This document shows, piece after piece, positions 60,430-64,000 of a stretch of DNA of 64,000 nt. Source of the stretch: Prorocentrum cordatum (Eukaryota); NCBI GenBank assembly GCA_963575745.1, contig CAUYUJ010000226.1, positions 434,001-498,000 on the forward strand, read 5' to 3'. The translations under genes and the position numbers were made by a program. Within the stretch, counting starts at the first letter, position 1. Every line of letters begins with the position of its first letter. Under the pieces are notes generated by a model, which was given only the letters and a program-made list of their open reading frames with translations, was not told the origin of the DNA and ran no database searches.

Positions 60430-63075
60430 CTAATGATCGACGACGCCTACGGCGAATCACCGCCGCCCCCTGCCTTTTTGGAAACGCCTATGTGGCCGAA
60501 CGTTGTGGCCAGAGGCTTGCCAAGCTATCGGACCATGTGTTCCCCGAATCGGTTTGGAAAGCCTTCGGGGAACACGGTGGGGGAGGCTGGGCCGACTTGG
60601 GACTTTTTTGGGGTGCTCCAGGGCCGTCTTGGAGGCCACCTTGAGCGTCTTGGAGGCCTCTTGGGCCGTCTTTTAGGGCCTCTTGGGGCCGTCTTGGGGG
60701 CCTCTTGGGCCGTTTTGGGGCCATACTGGATGCCTCTTGGGCGATCTTTGGGGGCTGTTGTGCCGTCTCGGGCCGCCGGAAGGCCGAAAAAAACAAATGC
60801 CACAATCCTTCAAAAACTCATGGGAAATCAATGATTTGGGCCTTTTCGGGCCTTCCTGGACGCCCTTTTGGAGGCGTCTTGGGCCGTCTTGGGCCATCTT
60901 AGGGCCATCTTCGGCCGTCTTGGTGGGCCCATGGCCCGTCTAATGCCATCGGAAGCCGTTTGGGGGGCCTCTGGGCCGACTTGGGGCCCTCTTGGAACGC
61001 TCCAGGGCCATCTTGGAGGCCATCCTGGGCGTCTTAAAGGCCTCTTGGGCCGTCTTTGGGGGCCTCTTGGGGCCTTCTTGGGGGCCTCTTGGGCCGTCAT
61101 GGGGCCATCTTGGAGGCCTCTTGGGTGCTGTTGGGGCGATGTTGGGGACCTCTTGGGCCGTCTTGGGCCGTCGGAGAGCTGAAAAGAAGAACATGCCAAA
61201 ATCCTTGAAAAACCTAAGGAAAATCAATGATTTTAACCTATTCGGGCCTTCCTGGAGGGCGTCTTGGAGGGCTCTTGGGCCGTCTTGGAGGCCTTTTGCG
61301 GGCCTTTTGGGCCGTCTTAGACCATCTTGAGGCCATCTTGGGCCGTCTTGGGTGCATCTTGGAGCCATCTTACCCGTCTTGGAGGCCATCTTGGCCGTCT
61401 TGGAAGCATCTTGGAGGCCATCTTGGGCCATCTTGGCCGTCTTGGAGGCCATCTTGGGCCAAGTTGGGGCAACAAAGGCATTGACAGATGGATTTTCGGA
61501 AACTTGCGGGTGGCCGGCGGGACGGGCCGAAGCCCACTGGGGAGTTCTTTTAGAAAAAGAACCAAAACCAAAACCTGAAACATCCAGCACGCCGTGCACC
61601 CCTGTGGCAAGACCACAGGGGGCGGCGGATCGAAGACGCCTACGGCGAATCACCGCCGCCCCCTGCCTTTTTGGAAGCGCCTATGTGGCCGAACGTTGAG
61701 GCCAGACCTGCCAAGCTATCGGACCACGTGTTCCCCGAATCGGTTTGGAAAGCCTTCGGGGAACACGTGGGCATCTTGAAGGTCATCTTGGCCGTCTTGG
61801 AGGCCTCTTGGGCAAGCTTTGGGCGATCTTTGGGGCTTTTTGGGCCGTCTCGGGCCAGCTTCGAGCCAACTTCGGCCATCTTAGTGGGTTCCTGGCACGT
61901 CTGAAGCCGTCGGAAGCCGTTTGGGGGGCCTCTATGGGCCGACTTGGGGCCCGCTTGGAATGCTCCAGGGCCGTCTTGGAGGCCATCTTGGGCGTCTTGG
62001 AGGCCATCTTGGGCGTGTTGGAGGCCTCTTGGGCCCTCTTGGGGCCCTCTAGGGGCCATCTTGGAGGCCACTTGGGCCATCAGGGGGCTCTCTTGGGGGC
62101 CTCTTGGGCGATCTTGGGGGCTTCTTGGGCCGTCTTGAGCCGTCGGAGAGCCGAAAAGGCGCAAATGCCAAAATCCTTCAAAAACCAAGGGAAAATCAAT
62201 GATTTTGGCCTCTTCGGACTCTCCTGGAGGACCTCTTGGAGGCCTCTTGGGCCGTCTGGGAGGCCTCTGGGGGGCCTCTTGGGCCGTCTTGGGCCGTCTT
62301 GGACTCTCTTGGGCCGTTTTGGAGGCCGTCTTGGACCATCTCGGGCGGACTTGGAGGCCATCTTGGGCCATCTTCGCGATTTTTTGAGGATGTCCCGAGC
62401 GAAACGGCCGTTTTTGGGCATTGACAGACGGATTTTGGGAAATTCGCGGGTGGCCGGCGGGACGGGCCGAAGCCCATTGGGAGAGTTCTTTTAAAAAGAA
62501 CCAAAACCAAAACCTGAATCATCCAGCACGCCGTGCACCCCTGCAAGCAGGGGGCGGCGACTGGTGGCCTTCGGCCCATCCCGCCACCGTGTCTGGGTTG
62601 TGGGTCTGAGGCCTCTTGTAGACGTGTTGGCGGTGTCGCAGGGAGCCTCTCGGGGGCCTCTTGCAGGTGGTTTCGGCGCCTCTCGGGTGCCTCTTAAGGC
62701 CTCGTGGGGTATCTTTTGGGCTTCTCGGAGGCCTCTCTGGCGCGTCTTAGACACCTCTTGGGGCCTCTTGGGGCCTCCTGGGGGCTCCTTGGGGCTTCTC
62801 GGAGCGCTTCTTGGGCCATCTTGGAGCCGTCTCGGGCCGTATTGGGGCCCTCTTGGAGGCGTCTTGGGCTGTCTTTGGACGATCTTGGGAGCTTCTTGAG
62901 CCATCTAAGAGCGTTGGAAAGCAGAAAATGCGAGAATCCCAAACTCCTTCAGAAACATTTTGTATATATCGACGATATTGGCTTCTTGGGGCTCTCTCGC
63001 GGGGCCTCTTGTAGCGCTCTTGGAGCCTCTTGGGGCCCTCTTGGGCCGTCTTGGAACCATCTTCGGGCGCCTTGG
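60430..63075. repeat. composite ~1 kb repeats built on a ~10-11 bp tcttgggccg/tcttggaggcc satellite
   Basis: 60440-60580 recurs at 61635-61770, and 61475-61605 recurs at 62415-62543. The opposite orientation of the same satellite lies at ~56170-57750. Confidence 0.85.
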
Positions 63076-63533
63076 AGCACTCATGGCCACTGCAATACGA
63101 ATGTGGCGTAGTTTGTGAGGGTTATGGCCATGAGGACGCGGCTATTGCATGCTTTGCGGGGTTTGTTGCCTCTTGGACGCAAGAATTGAGCATTTGACAA
63201 AGGTTTGTGGCCTTGGGCACGCGAAGCTTGATTGATTTACAGAGGATTCTGGCTTCGGGGACGCGACTGTTTAGCAATTTGCAGGGGGTTGTGGCCTCGG
63301 GGACGCGACCACTGAGCAATTTACAGGGGATTCTGGCTTCGGGGACGCGACTGGGGTGATTTACAAGGGTTTGCTGTTTCAGGGAGGCGTATATTTTGAA
63401 ATTTATAAGGGTTTCTTATTTCGGGGGCGCAAGAATTGTAGAATCTGCCAGGGAGAATGACCTCGGGGACGCGAACTGCATCGGGGGCGCAAGAATTTAC
63501 TAGTTCTTCACGCTTCGCGTATCCCCTGCAGCC

Positions 63534-64000
63534 ATGTACAAGGCCTGGTTGGGCTTCGTGGACTTGGAGCGCCGCGGAGAGACGCCCGCCAAGCGCATCA
63601 CCAGACACCAAGTGGACTTGGGTGGAGTATTATGTGCCCTTTGGTCGGCCTACACAAAAGGCATCTGGATCCCTGGGTCCAAGGATCCCAAGTCAGACAC
63701 GAAGCTGCACACGGACGCAAACATCAACAAGTTCTTGGGTGACTGGAAGCACTGTGGATACGATGCCTACGCGATGGCCAAGAAGTAAAACTTCCGCATC
63801 GACTGGGCAACGGTGCGGGCCGAATACATGCGCCACACCAGGACCGACGGCACGGGCAAGGGCAACCACCAACAGAACAGCTGGTACGACCGGGCAAGGA
63901 GCTCCTGGGACGCCTGGGACAACTGGCAGAGTGGCTGGAGCTCTGGCTGGCACGACGACCAGTGGCAGTCAGGAGGCAAGCGTGGTGGCGGCAGGCCAGA
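63534..64000 (+). pseudogene. coding-like frame with internal stop and Trp/Gly-rich tail, probably from a mobile element
   Basis: MYKAWLGFVDL...AMAKK*NFRIDWATVRAEYMR...WDAWDNWQSGW, continuing to the window end. Confidence 0.4.

Noticed and set aside
58004..63111. ORFs across the minisatellite and the tcttgg satellite
   Set aside because: They are repeat translations, open in several frames on both strands.

Overview
GC-rich, microsatellite- and MITE-dense eukaryotic DNA, most likely dinoflagellate (inferred from GC/GA 5' splice donors and degenerate spliced-leader-like relics). One host gene is clear: an 8-exon isoaspartyl peptidase/L-asparaginase (ASRGL1/IaaA-like Ntn hydrolase, + strand, ~11481-34306). 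Its 18.5 kb sixth intron holds a ~17.3 kb DNA transposon (15080-32360). The element has ~113 bp terminal inverted repeats, each built from two ~30 bp palindromes, and a further copy of the palindrome lies almost at its centre. It carries six co-oriented, apparently intronless, decaying genes: a pogo-type DD35D transposase behind an OTU-like domain, an EEP-fold nuclease and a degenerate paralogue, a tentative ParB-like/SET-like protein and two unknowns. The element, but not its flanks, is saturated with a strand-polarised 12-mer, CCGCAGT(T)GCGG (roughly 80-90 copies by eye), which occurs in all three reading frames. Three other introns of the host gene are TIR-bounded insertions with no AG acceptor at the homology-predicted junction. 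The rest of the window is simple repeats, MITEs, minisatellites, a 100-N gap and unassignable exon-like fragments. All counts and alignments were done by eye.
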